From IMG/VR virus record IMGVR_UViG_3300025287_000001: a DNA stretch of 61,254 bases. The stretch is one strand, 5' to 3'. The notes beneath the pieces are model-generated. The model had not been told where the DNA came from, made no database searches, and saw nothing but the letters and a program-made list of their open reading frames with translations. Both the position numbers and the translations under genes were made by a program. This stretch comes from an uncultured virus (IMG/VR IMGVR_UViG_3300025287_000001). Its lineage: Duplodnaviria > Heunggongvirae > Uroviricota > Caudoviricetes. This document shows positions 8,292-17,783 of the stretch, piece after piece (position 1 is the first letter of the stretch; every line of letters begins with the position of its first letter).

Positions 8292-9068
8292 TCAGGTTAG
8301 GAGGATTTTATTGATTATGGGGTCTATCTTCTTCGACATCTCGATAGATTTAACAAGCCTATCGTGTGTTTCTTCCCATTCCTTCGAAGTTCGCAAAACA
8401 TTTTCTTCACTAGGCACATAATCCATGATGCGCTGTATCATAGAAAATGTTTTGTGGAATCTGCCACTTTCAACATGAGCAGTAATAATCTCAAGATAAC
8501 CTTCAGCAAGCTCCCAGTCTGTATCGTAATCCTTGCAATACTCCAAGACGCATTCCTGGGCATATTGATGGGACTTGATGCTTCTGATATTTCTTGCTAG
8601 CGAATTGTTGTGCTTGCTATCATGAACAAACATCTTTTCATAAGCCACGGCAAGCCAGTCGATATACTTGACAATAGGGCTTAACTCCTTGGGAAGATCG
8701 AACCTGGGTGCAATCATCGTAGCGTACAGATGATCTTCTAGTTCCTTGAAGGCAGGGCACATTGCCTTCATCATGTAAGGCATATCTCCCATGTAGGCTT
8801 CAGTATCGTCATGGTGAAGCACTTCAAAGAGCGTTGACGGGTCAAGATTAAATACCTCCTTGCCGATAGCCACACAGAGCATCGCATGATGAGCTACGCT
8901 GATATTACTTGGGAAGTGCCCATTGTATCTTGTTAGCTTCGAGAGTGGGTAGGAGATGTCCTCAAGGACAACATTCTCAGGGGTTAAATCATCAGGCGTA
9001 AGCATCTTACCTGATCGTGTCTGCATCTGAAGTGCAACTTTGCTTCGTTCTTTCGCTTCTTCGGTCAT
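8292..9068 (-). CDS. HD-domain 5'-deoxynucleotidase-like hydrolase (YfbR/YfdR family)
   Basis: RYNGH...SVAHHA, LHHDDTEAYMGDMP..MK and VKYID motifs. Confidence 0.85.
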   Translation of the reverse strand: MTEEAKERSKVALQMQTRSGKMLTPDDLTPENVVLEDISYPLSKLTRYNGHFPSNISVAHHAMLCVAIGKEVFNLDPSTLFEVLHHDDTEAYMGDMPYMMKAMCPAFKELEDHLYATMIAPRFDLPKELSPIVKYIDWLAVAYEKMFVHDSKHNNSLARNIRSIKSHQYAQECVLEYCKDYDTDWELAEGYLEIITAHVESGRFHKTFSMIQRIMDYVPSEENVLRTSKEWEETHDRLVKSIEMSKKIDPIINKILLT

Positions 9069-9364
9069 TTGTTTTCCTTTGTCTTCGCGATTTCCAGCGC
9101 GATTCTATTGCATGAGCTTTGACACTCAGATAGAGCCCTTAACTCATTTTCTTCGAGATACAGATGCCCTCGAAACGGACATTCACTAATGCACTCTTCG
9201 TAAAATTTAGTCTCTGGTGGTTCTAAAAACCCAAATACTAGGCGCGCGGCGATAATTCCGAAGACAAATATAAGAACGAGACCCAATGGAGAGGTTATAT
9301 GATATATTGTATCAGAGAAAGCCTCGGCCCACTTGCTTTCATTTGTTTCTTTATCTTCAGACAT
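9065..9364 (-). CDS. Small membrane protein with twin Cx3C motifs
   Basis: TM helix followed by CISEC and CQSSC. Confidence 0.6.
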   Translation of the reverse strand: MSEDKETNESKWAEAFSDTIYHITSPLGLVLIFVFGIIAARLVFGFLEPPETKFYEECISECPFRGHLYLEENELRALSECQSSCNRIALEIAKTKENK

Positions 9365-9581
9365 AAGTTGGCCCTTCGTTATACTCGATGATTCCCTTGA
9401 AGTCACCGTTTAAGTCGTATAGTTTATAGTGAGACGCCTTGTAGGAGAATTTACACTTTTTATAAAGTAGCCTCTTCGGGCGTGATGCTCCCTTATTATT
9501 CTCGTAAAACGCGAAGGCATCAACGATATTGGTGTAATACCTTCTTCTAAAGCCGAATTTTATTTCATAGATGTTCTTCAA
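9357..9581 (-). CDS. Hypothetical protein
   Basis: Tiles with its neighbours. Confidence 0.5.
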   Translation of the reverse strand: MKNIYEIKFGFRRRYYTNIVDAFAFYENNKGASRPKRLLYKKCKFSYKASHYKLYDLNGDFKGIIEYNEGPTYV

Positions 9582-9922
9582 GTCTTATCGTCCTTCCTCC
9601 ACCCTACGATCATTGTAATTGGTTCTCCGTAAGGGGAGCCGTTAACCAAGAGCCAATCTTTTATACTCTTCTCTACCTTCTTGCAGAAGTCTTCATCAGT
9701 TATACAGGATTCGCTATAATCAAAAGTAACCACCCAATGTTCTAATGGCTTAACCCTTTCAAGATGTGGAGAAAAGAAGTGTTTCTTTAAAGTAAACGAA
9801 GGTTGGTCATCAACTTCGTTGCCGCACTCGAAATAAAATCCATCTCCCTGCATTTCTCGAACGAGATAAACAATATCATCAATGCCTACATTGGCTTCTA
9901 TGCTTTTTCTGTACCCGTCCAT
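9578..9922 (-). CDS. Hypothetical protein
   Basis: Tiles with its neighbours. Confidence 0.55.
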   Translation of the reverse strand: MDGYRKSIEANVGIDDIVYLVREMQGDGFYFECGNEVDDQPSFTLKKHFFSPHLERVKPLEHWVVTFDYSESCITDEDFCKKVEKSIKDWLLVNGSPYGEPITMIVGWRKDDKT

Positions 9923-9923
9923 A

Positions 9924-10235
9924 TTATAACTCGATCTCCAGGCCTTTATTGCATTCCTTGATACATGCTGTGCTATCAGCCTCAGTACCTTTTTCTCCCT
10001 GGAGGTGTTGTGTGCACCTTGTTATGCAATTATCGTAGCTACTCATTCTTTTTCTGTTCACATCACAAGATTGCGTCCCTGTAATTGTGAGAATAAAAAA
10101 TAAGCAAATAGCAAATGAAATAAAAATAACCTGAACAGCCGCGCTTCGCTCCTTTTCTCTCGTCTCTTCTATAGACTTTCTGTCAGAAGACGTAAGACCA
10201 TCCCAAGAGTAGCTCGGATCTCCTAGATCACTCAT
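9924..10235 (-). CDS. Small membrane protein with twin Cx3C motifs
   Basis: TM helix followed by CITRC and CIKEC. Confidence 0.6.
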   Translation of the reverse strand: MSDLGDPSYSWDGLTSSDRKSIEETREKERSAAVQVIFISFAICLFFILTITGTQSCDVNRKRMSSYDNCITRCTQHLQGEKGTEADSTACIKECNKGLEIEL

Positions 10236-10365
10236 TTAATTCCTTAAACTGTTGCCTAGCGGATTCTGCTTTGATGATGAAGTCAATGAAGGCATATATC
10301 AGCATAAATCCTGCGAGTGCCATCTCAGCCGCAAAGTAGTATAGCATGATTGTTTCGAACGTCAT
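10228..10365 (-). CDS. 45-aa single-TM protein (not in ORF track)
   Basis: Translated by hand: MTFETIMLYYFAAEMALAGFMLIYAFIDFIIKAESARQQFKELNE*. AAGGA lies upstream and the ORF fills the gap. Confidence 0.6.
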   Translation of the reverse strand: MTFETIMLYYFAAEMALAGFMLIYAFIDFIIKAESARQQFKELNE

Positions 10366-10392
10366 TATTTGTCCTTTTTGCTTGTGGGGTTT

Positions 10393-10656
10393 CTAATAAA
10401 ACGCAGGCGTTGGATTTATTCCTCTTTCACCTGGCTCCTTAAATTTGATCATTTGCCACGGGCTTTCATCAACTTCATCGTCAAGAATCATTCTCATAAT
10501 CTCGCAATGAATCTCGTTAACTTTTGGAGTTTTATCTTTCCCGTGTTTAGCCTTCATGGTTTTATAGACATTATTACAAACAAAAGGTTGCCTTACAAAA
10601 CCACTATGCTTCTTTAGTTCTTTATGAACTTCTTTCCTAATCGCTTTATTGCTCAT
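10393..10656 (-). CDS. Hypothetical protein
   Basis: TAATG coupling to the upstream gene. Confidence 0.55.
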   Translation of the reverse strand: MSNKAIRKEVHKELKKHSGFVRQPFVCNNVYKTMKAKHGKDKTPKVNEIHCEIMRMILDDEVDESPWQMIKFKEPGERGINPTPAFY

Positions 10657-11033
10657 TACTTACCCGTAAAGACTTCATAGAATCGAGCCTGAATATACTC
10701 TGGCTGCTTGGAAACCTCTCTCCTAAGCCTGTATGCCTCTTTGCCTGTTATCAACTCTGCCAAGTCTTGCGGGCACTCTACCTGATAGCCTGAATATTCA
10801 CAAATGTCCTTATCAATAGATACTCTCTGAAGCCTTGCCCTCTTCAAGTAGCCTTGTCCTAGAAGACTCATGGCAGATTCATGAATAATAGGCATACCTA
10901 CTTCCTTTGTCAGGTCATTGTGGCCTCTAGTTGAGTAGAAGATCCTCACAAGTTCTCTTGTACTGATTTCACCATAAAAAGAAACAATGCTAATGATGCT
11001 TTGGTTTATCGCTCTTTTTGTGTCTTCATTCAT
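10656..11033 (-). CDS. Hypothetical protein (possible winged helix)
   Basis: GEISTRELVRIF...LLGQGYLKR pattern. Confidence 0.55.
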   Translation of the reverse strand: MNEDTKRAINQSIISIVSFYGEISTRELVRIFYSTRGHNDLTKEVGMPIIHESAMSLLGQGYLKRARLQRVSIDKDICEYSGYQVECPQDLAELITGKEAYRLRREVSKQPEYIQARFYEVFTGK

Positions 11034-11292
11034 TATTATCCTCTGGCGTGGTGTATTCTGTTGTAGAACTCCAAAGATTTGGCCACATAACTGTCCTATC
11101 TGCCCTGATGTTCGATTTTACTTCCTCTGCGAGGGCATCGTGCCTCTTCTTCAGTCTTTTATTATCTTCGATCTCGACCTGAATCATCTTGTTACCAAGG
11201 TAAGCGCAGACCAAAGCAACGACAGTAAAGAACATGAAGAACGAAACGCCGACTGCGCCCAATGACAGAACCAGTGCTGTTGCAACATCCAT
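11026..11292 (-). CDS. Small membrane-anchored coiled-coil protein
   Basis: N-terminal hydrophobic segment followed by a charged helix. Confidence 0.55.
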   Translation of the reverse strand: MDVATALVLSLGAVGVSFFMFFTVVALVCAYLGNKMIQVEIEDNKRLKKRHDALAEEVKSNIRADRTVMWPNLWSSTTEYTTPEDNNE

Positions 11293-11293
11293 A

Positions 11294-11557
11294 CTATTCC
11301 TCTCTTATAAACTCTTGAGACCATGGTTCTTCGGAATCAGCGAGAAGACTCGCCACTTCCTTGAGATCCATAAGTGATTTGTGTGTTGCGCGATGGGGCA
11401 ATTCCCACCACTCTACAAACCTACCCCCCTCGACCGGAAAGTCAAGCCTGAGCCACATTTTTGTAGAGGCGGGGGCCGCCCTGGAGATCCCGTCTGGTGG
11501 GTCCTGAGGGCGGCCTGAGTGTAGTGAAATGGTGACGATCGGATCGTTCTCCTTCAT
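11294..11557 (-). CDS. Hypothetical protein
   Basis: Fills the gap directly after nrdA. Confidence 0.5.
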   Translation of the reverse strand: MKENDPIVTISLHSGRPQDPPDGISRAAPASTKMWLRLDFPVEGGRFVEWWELPHRATHKSLMDLKEVASLLADSEEPWSQEFIREE

Positions 11558-11560
11558 TCT

Positions 11561-13402
11561 TCAACCTTCGCATGAGATGCAAGCCACTCCTGCCAAATCA
11601 TCGTGCCAGTCTTTAATCTCTCGACGTTGAATACTCTTGACGACATCAGGAGTGACGTTGTTTTCTGTTCTATAGTAATAGAGGCTTTTGAGTTTTCTTC
11701 CTATCATGGCCTTAAGGTGTACACTGTTAATGTAGCCAGCGTCAGACATGGGAGGGAAGAATAGGTTAACTGATTGACCCTGGCAAACGTATTGCTGTCT
11801 ATCTTCTGCGTGTTGTACAGACCAGTGCTGATCAATCTCCCAGGCAGTCTTGAATATGTCTTTCTCTTCATCTGAGAAGAAATCAATATTCTGCACAGAT
11901 CCTTTATTCACTCTTATCTGCGCCCAAATCTCTTCTGCCTGTTCATCATCTTCAGCCTTATCTCTGATTAGCTTATCGAGATATTTGTTCTCGATGAAGT
12001 GTGTACCAACCCTTGTTCTATGATTAAAGGCATTGGACGAAATAGGCTCTGTTGCTGCGGTGCAGTTACAAATAGACGAACTGTTACTATTAGGTGCGAG
12101 CGCGATCAAGTGAGAGTTCCTAAGGCCTGTGCCCTGCATATCAGGAGCCTCGCCTAACTCTTCTGCGATCTTCATTGAGGCGGCCCTGGCTTCGCGCTGT
12201 ATGTAACCGAAAATCTTGTGATTCTCTTGTACCGCTGAGTTAAACCCGCCGGACTCCCATGGTATTCCCTTTTTCATCAAATAACCGTGGAACCCCATCG
12301 CCCCCAGGCCCAGAGAACGCTCCATCACTGCGGAATAATTGGCTTTTTTCAGCCTCTCTTCGCCCGTGTTCTCGATGAAGAAAGACAGGACGTTATCCAG
12401 AAACTTCACCAAGTCTTGAATCATGGCCGTCTTACTCCAGGCGTCAAACTCTTCCAAATTAACAGATGACAAGCAGCATACAGCCGTCCTCAAGGCATTT
12501 GTTGGTAAGAATATCTCTGTGCATAGGTTGCTTCCGAATACCCTTAGCCCCTTATCTTTCATAGTCTGAGGAAGATCTTTATTCGCGACATCAATAAAAC
12601 AAAGGAAAGGTTCTCCTCTCTCTATCCTTGCTTCGCATATAATCTCCCACAAGTCTCTTGCCCTTACTGTATCCCGAACCTCCTTCGAATGAGGGCAGAC
12701 AAGATCAAACATTTCATCATACTCAACCGCTTTTACGAAATCTTCTGTAATATTCACAGCAGTATGAAACAACTTCTGGTTTGAAGCTTTCCTCTTGGGG
12801 TCTCCACCAGTAGGGATGCGAAACTTGACGTGTTCGATGATGTCAGGGTGAGACACGTCCATATAGTATGCACATGCGCCTCTCCTTACCTTTCCTTGCC
12901 TGAAGTAACCTATACAAGAATCTATAACCTTCTCAAAAGGAATCGGCCCTGGTGCCTTATCGGAGATTGCCCTGATCTGATTATGGATGCCTACCCCGCC
13001 GCCTGATACGGTAAGGGATGCCATTTCACTAATAGCATCTTTCTGGCCATCCACTGTATCAGGGGCTACCATCAAGAAACAACTTATAGGAAGATTCTTT
13101 ACTGGTTCTGTATCCCACATATCACCTACCAACTCCCCTCTCGGAGCATTGCTTAAGACTGGGGAGGCGAACATGAACCAGAGCTTCGAAGAATAGTCGT
13201 AAATTCTCTGTGCTAATTCAAAGTCATGCTTACCAGAATCGTCCACGCAATAAGCAAGCGCTGCCCTCGCAAAGGCTTCTTGAGGGCTATCTTCATCATC
13301 CCTCATGTAATAGCCCTTTAGTAGCTTCATTCCTTGTTCTGTTAGTAGCGAATCTCTCGAGTAATCAATTTCAATTGGACCGTATTTTGTTTTTCCCTTC
13401 AC
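11561..13402 (-). CDS. nrdA: Ribonucleotide reductase class I alpha subunit (short, no ATP cone)
   Basis: FASPVL, PISCF, SNLCTEI (catalytic N-C-E), VCCL, LYYYR and C-terminal CISCEG. Confidence 0.95.
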   Translation of the reverse strand: MKGKTKYGPIEIDYSRDSLLTEQGMKLLKGYYMRDDEDSPQEAFARAALAYCVDDSGKHDFELAQRIYDYSSKLWFMFASPVLSNAPRGELVGDMWDTEPVKNLPISCFLMVAPDTVDGQKDAISEMASLTVSGGGVGIHNQIRAISDKAPGPIPFEKVIDSCIGYFRQGKVRRGACAYYMDVSHPDIIEHVKFRIPTGGDPKRKASNQKLFHTAVNITEDFVKAVEYDEMFDLVCPHSKEVRDTVRARDLWEIICEARIERGEPFLCFIDVANKDLPQTMKDKGLRVFGSNLCTEIFLPTNALRTAVCCLSSVNLEEFDAWSKTAMIQDLVKFLDNVLSFFIENTGEERLKKANYSAVMERSLGLGAMGFHGYLMKKGIPWESGGFNSAVQENHKIFGYIQREARAASMKIAEELGEAPDMQGTGLRNSHLIALAPNSNSSSICNCTAATEPISSNAFNHRTRVGTHFIENKYLDKLIRDKAEDDEQAEEIWAQIRVNKGSVQNIDFFSDEEKDIFKTAWEIDQHWSVQHAEDRQQYVCQGQSVNLFFPPMSDAGYINSVHLKAMIGRKLKSLYYYRTENNVTPDVVKSIQRREIKDWHDDLAGVACISCEG

Positions 13403-14751
13403 TTATTTTTCCTGTTTTCCATTTTTTTCAACATTTCTTTAGCCATGGAAGTCTTGACAGACTTGTCTTCTATATATTCCATATCCTTTACATTGATGGT
13501 TACAGAAGAAGTATCCATGTAAATTGGGTAAACAATACCGTCCGCGCCATTTCTATTCTTCGCGACAAGAATCCTTCCATCATTGAAATTTTTATCCTCT
13601 TGTGTCCTCGCAAGAGTAATGATGAGGTCAGCAACAAAGACCTTATTGAAAGCTTCAGAGATCTCTTCAGTGGTGACAACCTCTTTGTTCATGCCGCTTC
13701 TATTCGTCTGAGATGCAGTCCAGACGGCAGCGTTAAACTGTTGACCTATTCCTCTGAGTTCCTCATAGATCGTTTCAAGATCTGATCTCTTTGTTGCTGA
13801 ATGGACCACGGGTTTTAGCAAGTCACCATAATCTACAATAATAAGATCAGGGCGAAAATCTTCCTTTTGTTTAAGCTTCTCTAGATGCTGAATTATAGTA
13901 TTCGTAGAAGCATATCTAGTGGGGTACGACTGAATCTTGAGGCTTCCCTCGACTTTCTTGATCTCATCTCTGATTTTATCCTTGTGATCCATCAAATCAT
14001 TTAACTTGATCCCGGTGATGCAAGAATCATATCTTTGCGCAACAGCAGTAGGAAGAAGCTCCAGTGTGTAGTGCACAACATTCTTCCCGTTCTTGATGGC
14101 TTCTGCACCAAGGTGAACCAAGAACATGCTCTTACCAGCGCCAGAGGGCGCGATTACAACTCCTAATTCTCCTCTACCAAGGCCACCTTGTGTTATCCTG
14201 TTTATGATAGGCCATCCTGTTACAACAGGATTTCTAGATATTGCCTCGAATCTTACATCGAAATCAGCAATATAATCGTAAGCAGTTGTCTTCTCATCTC
14301 CGGCGTTAACAGCCTTGGAGATTGTGTTCATCAAGGCTTCATAATTCTCGCTCTCGATATGAGATAGGCCCTTCATGACAGCACCAACAACTTTCTGGTG
14401 CCTGCAAAATGCTATCGCAGTATCCTTTTCGTACTCTACATCTACATCTTCAGACCTCATTCTTTCTACTTTAGAAAGCAAGGCCATAATAGACGCTTTT
14501 GTGGTATCACTCTCTGAAGATGTCTCGTTTATAAGCACCGTTCTAAAGGTAGAAAGAGATGGGTGAGATCCGTAGTTGTTCTTGTAGTTCAAGAGATACA
14601 TGGCAAATTGCTTTGCTGGTTCTTGCGTGAAGAACTCCAATTCGAGCACTTCTGAGATTCTATCGCAAAAAACCCTATCTGTGGCCATGCCATAAATTAA
14701 GTTATTCTCAAACGTTCTATCGTACTTGGAGAAGTTTTTCTTATCTGTCAT
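13399..14751 (-). CDS. Replicative DnaB-like helicase (T4 gp41-like)
   Basis: APSGAGKS Walker A, TLE, IVDY, TASQTNR and KNRNG. Confidence 0.92.
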   Translation of the reverse strand: MTDKKNFSKYDRTFENNLIYGMATDRVFCDRISEVLELEFFTQEPAKQFAMYLLNYKNNYGSHPSLSTFRTVLINETSSESDTTKASIMALLSKVERMRSEDVDVEYEKDTAIAFCRHQKVVGAVMKGLSHIESENYEALMNTISKAVNAGDEKTTAYDYIADFDVRFEAISRNPVVTGWPIINRITQGGLGRGELGVVIAPSGAGKSMFLVHLGAEAIKNGKNVVHYTLELLPTAVAQRYDSCITGIKLNDLMDHKDKIRDEIKKVEGSLKIQSYPTRYASTNTIIQHLEKLKQKEDFRPDLIIVDYGDLLKPVVHSATKRSDLETIYEELRGIGQQFNAAVWTASQTNRSGMNKEVVTTEEISEAFNKVFVADLIITLARTQEDKNFNDGRILVAKNRNGADGIVYPIYMDTSSVTINVKDMEYIEDKSVKTSMAKEMLKKMENRKNK

Positions 14752-15722
14752 TTTAGCACTCTTGTACTGAATCTCTTTAGGAATCCTGATAATTCATATA
14801 AATCATCTACAATGCCATCTTTAAACCTCTCGGCATCAAAGAGCATCTTGTTGTAACTCTGTGAAAAGTTAGACAACTGATGTACGATCTTACCTTTTGT
14901 CTGAGGCGAGATAGATGGAGAGTATAGCTGCATTACTGCATAGTTATCGGCAATAATATCGCGACCTTCTAGAACCTTACCGTAGACTTTCTTTTTCGAT
15001 TTTGTCTCTTTGCATTCGGTAAAGATATCCTCTAGCAACATATCAGGATCTTTTATCTTCTCGAAACTCTTGGCGACCGTCTTCAAGCCTACTCTATTGA
15101 TGCCTGGGAGGTTGTCTGATGAGTCTCCCGCTATCGCACGTGCAGCAGCCAGATTTTGAGGATGGATGCCGTACTCTTCAATAACTTTGTCTCTATCGTA
15201 TATCGTATCATCTATAGGGCGATAAAGTTTTATTCTATCTGTGCACAACTGTAGAAAGTCTTTATCGTTAGAGACTATAAGAGCTTCTTCCTCGATGTTC
15301 TGAGCGACATAAGAAATGATATCATCTGCTTCTATCTTATCAAACATCAATTGAGGTATAGAAGTCTTATTGAGGTACTCGTGCAACCTAATCTGCTGCC
15401 AAAGTTTATTCTCCTCTTGCTCTCTATTCGACATCTCGGGGATGTTTGTGTTCATCTTCACTGGCTTCCTTCCCTTCTTGTAAGAAGAAACCCTGTTTCT
15501 GCGCTTCTGTGAGCCTCCTGCGCCGTCCCAGCAAATAATGCAATAATCTGGTTGGTGATCTCTAAAGAGCTTCTGTAGCGACCTCAGGAAGCCTCTCAGG
15601 CCACCTATCGGAGTGCCGTTAGGATTTTGTGATGGGTTGACCACAAATGCCCTCAAGTATAAGTTGAGGGCATCTATGATCATGATCTTACCTTGTTCAT
15701 TATCATGATTGGTTAACTTCAC
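14748..15722 (-). CDS. 5'-3' exonuclease / flap endonuclease (T4 RNase H / Pol I N-terminal type)
   Basis: IIDALN, WDG, YKKGR, EADD, SNDKDFLQ and GDSSDNLPGI..VGLKT. Confidence 0.93.
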   Translation of the reverse strand: MKLTNHDNEQGKIMIIDALNLYLRAFVVNPSQNPNGTPIGGLRGFLRSLQKLFRDHQPDYCIICWDGAGGSQKRRNRVSSYKKGRKPVKMNTNIPEMSNREQEENKLWQQIRLHEYLNKTSIPQLMFDKIEADDIISYVAQNIEEEALIVSNDKDFLQLCTDRIKLYRPIDDTIYDRDKVIEEYGIHPQNLAAARAIAGDSSDNLPGINRVGLKTVAKSFEKIKDPDMLLEDIFTECKETKSKKKVYGKVLEGRDIIADNYAVMQLYSPSISPQTKGKIVHQLSNFSQSYNKMLFDAERFKDGIVDDLYELSGFLKRFSTRVLK

Positions 15723-16822
15723 TTACTATCTGTCCCTTCGTCCTGGGTTAGCATTTTATGAGCTTTCTCATAACTGTAGTTTTTGATGTAAGAATCCTTG
15801 AGCATGTCTTTAGCAACCATTCTTACATCCTCCCTCTCTCTACAGAGTTTCTTCCAATCCGCCGTCCTGAATTTGAAATCAGGTTCGTCATAGAGAGGGA
15901 AAACTCGCCAAGAGCCTCGGGTTTCAATAATCCCTGCGTTCAAGAGCGCGAGGAACCAAGATTCTTCATCAAGGATACCAACTTCTTCATCGCCCCATGC
16001 GATTTGAAATTCACACCTTCTTCCTTCGGTGCCGAACCTTGACTTCTTTATCTCGGCTCTTACAGTAGATCCCATCTTTAAACCATCATCATCATATAAG
16101 AATGATTTTTTGGCAAAAGGCTTGGTAAGCCATACTCTCATGCTGTATGCATAAGCAAGAGACTTTCCGCCAGGGGTGATATATTGATCCTCCCACGGCC
16201 TAGCGCCTATGTTCGTCCTCAACTGATTGATTACCAAGAGAGTAGACTGGGAATTAGCCATCGGGATAACAAGCTTCTTCATAGCACCCGCGTTAATCCT
16301 CGCGGCAAGCGCGATAGACGAAGTTGGGTTAAAGTCATCTGCCTCTACTTGGTGGCCTGTGGCCGTATTAGCATAAGAATCCCACACAAAGAAATATTTA
16401 TTACCATCTTCAAGCAAGGTGTTGATTACAGTAAACACGAGTTCAATAGTCTCAGCTTGAACATAAATCATCTCTTTTGTGTTTACACCGAGATTCTTCA
16501 AGTGCTTATTAGAAAGAGACGATTCTGAGTCAAAGTACACACCCGTGTACCCCGCTTTCTGCGCCTCTCCCAGGGCGAGGGCTGCCAGGAAGGACTTTCC
16601 AGTACCTTCCAAGCCTGCTAGCTCGCAAATCTTGCCAATCGGCCAACCTCCTATGTCTTCCTTGTTCGTGTTGCAATCCAGAATGAAAGAACCAGACCTA
16701 ATCCATTCGTAAACCTCAGTTGGGCAATCCTCATCTTCGAGGTCCCATACTAACTTTTTACCGATCGTCTTGTTTAGTTTCTTTCTTAGTGCTTCTACGT
16801 TTACTTTACCTTTTTCTGTCAT
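15719..16822 (-). CDS. recA: RecA/UvsX recombinase
   Basis: GLEGTGKS Walker A, FDSE, VWDS, INQLR.NIG and TPGG. Confidence 0.92.
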   Translation of the reverse strand: MTEKGKVNVEALRKKLNKTIGKKLVWDLEDEDCPTEVYEWIRSGSFILDCNTNKEDIGGWPIGKICELAGLEGTGKSFLAALALGEAQKAGYTGVYFDSESSLSNKHLKNLGVNTKEMIYVQAETIELVFTVINTLLEDGNKYFFVWDSYANTATGHQVEADDFNPTSSIALAARINAGAMKKLVIPMANSQSTLLVINQLRTNIGARPWEDQYITPGGKSLAYAYSMRVWLTKPFAKKSFLYDDDGLKMGSTVRAEIKKSRFGTEGRRCEFQIAWGDEEVGILDEESWFLALLNAGIIETRGSWRVFPLYDEPDFKFRTADWKKLCREREDVRMVAKDMLKDSYIKNYSYEKAHKMLTQDEGTDSK

Positions 16823-16829
16823 CTATTCC

Positions 16830-17783
16830 TCAGAAAAACTTTGATTCACCGATTGCTTGGTCGAGAGCCGCAGCAGGATCTTCCTCGTCCTCTGCTTTTG
16901 CAGCATCTCTTACGTCATCTACTGTAAATTCGTCCTTATCTGCGAGGCTTTTCTCTTCCTCGGTAGATCCTGCTCCATATGAGACCTGCTCAGTAAAGGC
17001 ATCCTCACCTAACTTCTCAACCATCACTTCTTGGAGCGACTCTTCAATTGATTCGATAGAGTTAATGTACATGACTTCTTCTACGAAATCAGGGTAAGTG
17101 TTGTCTTCCAGCCACTGATCAATCTCTTCTTCTGTGGCATCGGGCAAGAGAGGGCTGTCATTTCTCGACGCAGTTACAGAGTAAGTGCAGGATAGCGACT
17201 GGTGCGGAATCCTTTTGTAGATAACATCTGTGCCGTTGTGAGGATCAGTGATATCACCATACTCTTCGTTAAGAAGAATATCTTGCACGATTGACTGATA
17301 TACTGTCTGAGAGAAATCCCAAATCTGAATGCCCTGGTCTTCCTGGCCTCTTACGATAACAGCAGCGTAGTACCTTGTTCGAGGGAAGAGACTCTTTGCA
17401 ATCTCTCGCATCTCTTCGATCTCCTTCTTCTTTGCTTCCAAGAGCTTTTCATCTCTCGGGGGAGCAATATCGAGAAGCTCTTCCTGCTCGTTAATCTGAT
17501 CCCACATCGCACCCCTCAGATCGCAGATAGGGCAACTACCCTCAGAGTGCGAGTTCGTATCATGACACCAGATACCCCAATACTTATCTGATAGCCTATG
17601 CTTACTAAAGTCCTTCAGTGGCATTCCATCTGGAGATGGTAAGATTCTGAGCTTTACCGTGCTGTGCATCGGCTTGGGGACGTTAACGAAACCAAACTTT
17701 CGTCGGCTTGATGATCCAGTGTTTGTGCTTGCTGCAAGTTGCTTTTTGAGTGCTTCTAAGTCAATTCCCATTTCTTTTCTCAC
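16830..17783 (-). CDS. Single-stranded DNA-binding protein (T4 gp32-like)
   Basis: LRILP, C..CPIC zinc site, RYYAAVIVR, YGDITDP..G.D and an acidic C-terminal tail. Confidence 0.85.
   Translation of the reverse strand: MRKEMGIDLEALKKQLAASTNTGSSSRRKFGFVNVPKPMHSTVKLRILPSPDGMPLKDFSKHRLSDKYWGIWCHDTNSHSEGSCPICDLRGAMWDQINEQEELLDIAPPRDEKLLEAKKKEIEEMREIAKSLFPRTRYYAAVIVRGQEDQGIQIWDFSQTVYQSIVQDILLNEEYGDITDPHNGTDVIYKRIPHQSLSCTYSVTASRNDSPLLPDATEEEIDQWLEDNTYPDFVEEVMYINSIESIEESLQEVMVEKLGEDAFTEQVSYGAGSTEEEKSLADKDEFTVDDVRDAAKAEDEEDPAAALDQAIGESKFF

Noticed and set aside
8292..9068. HD hydrolase as DatZ, implying a 2-aminoadenine (Z) genome
   Set aside because: There is no purZ or mazZ-like gene in the window. 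The motifs fit the generic YfbR/YfdR-type family equally well.
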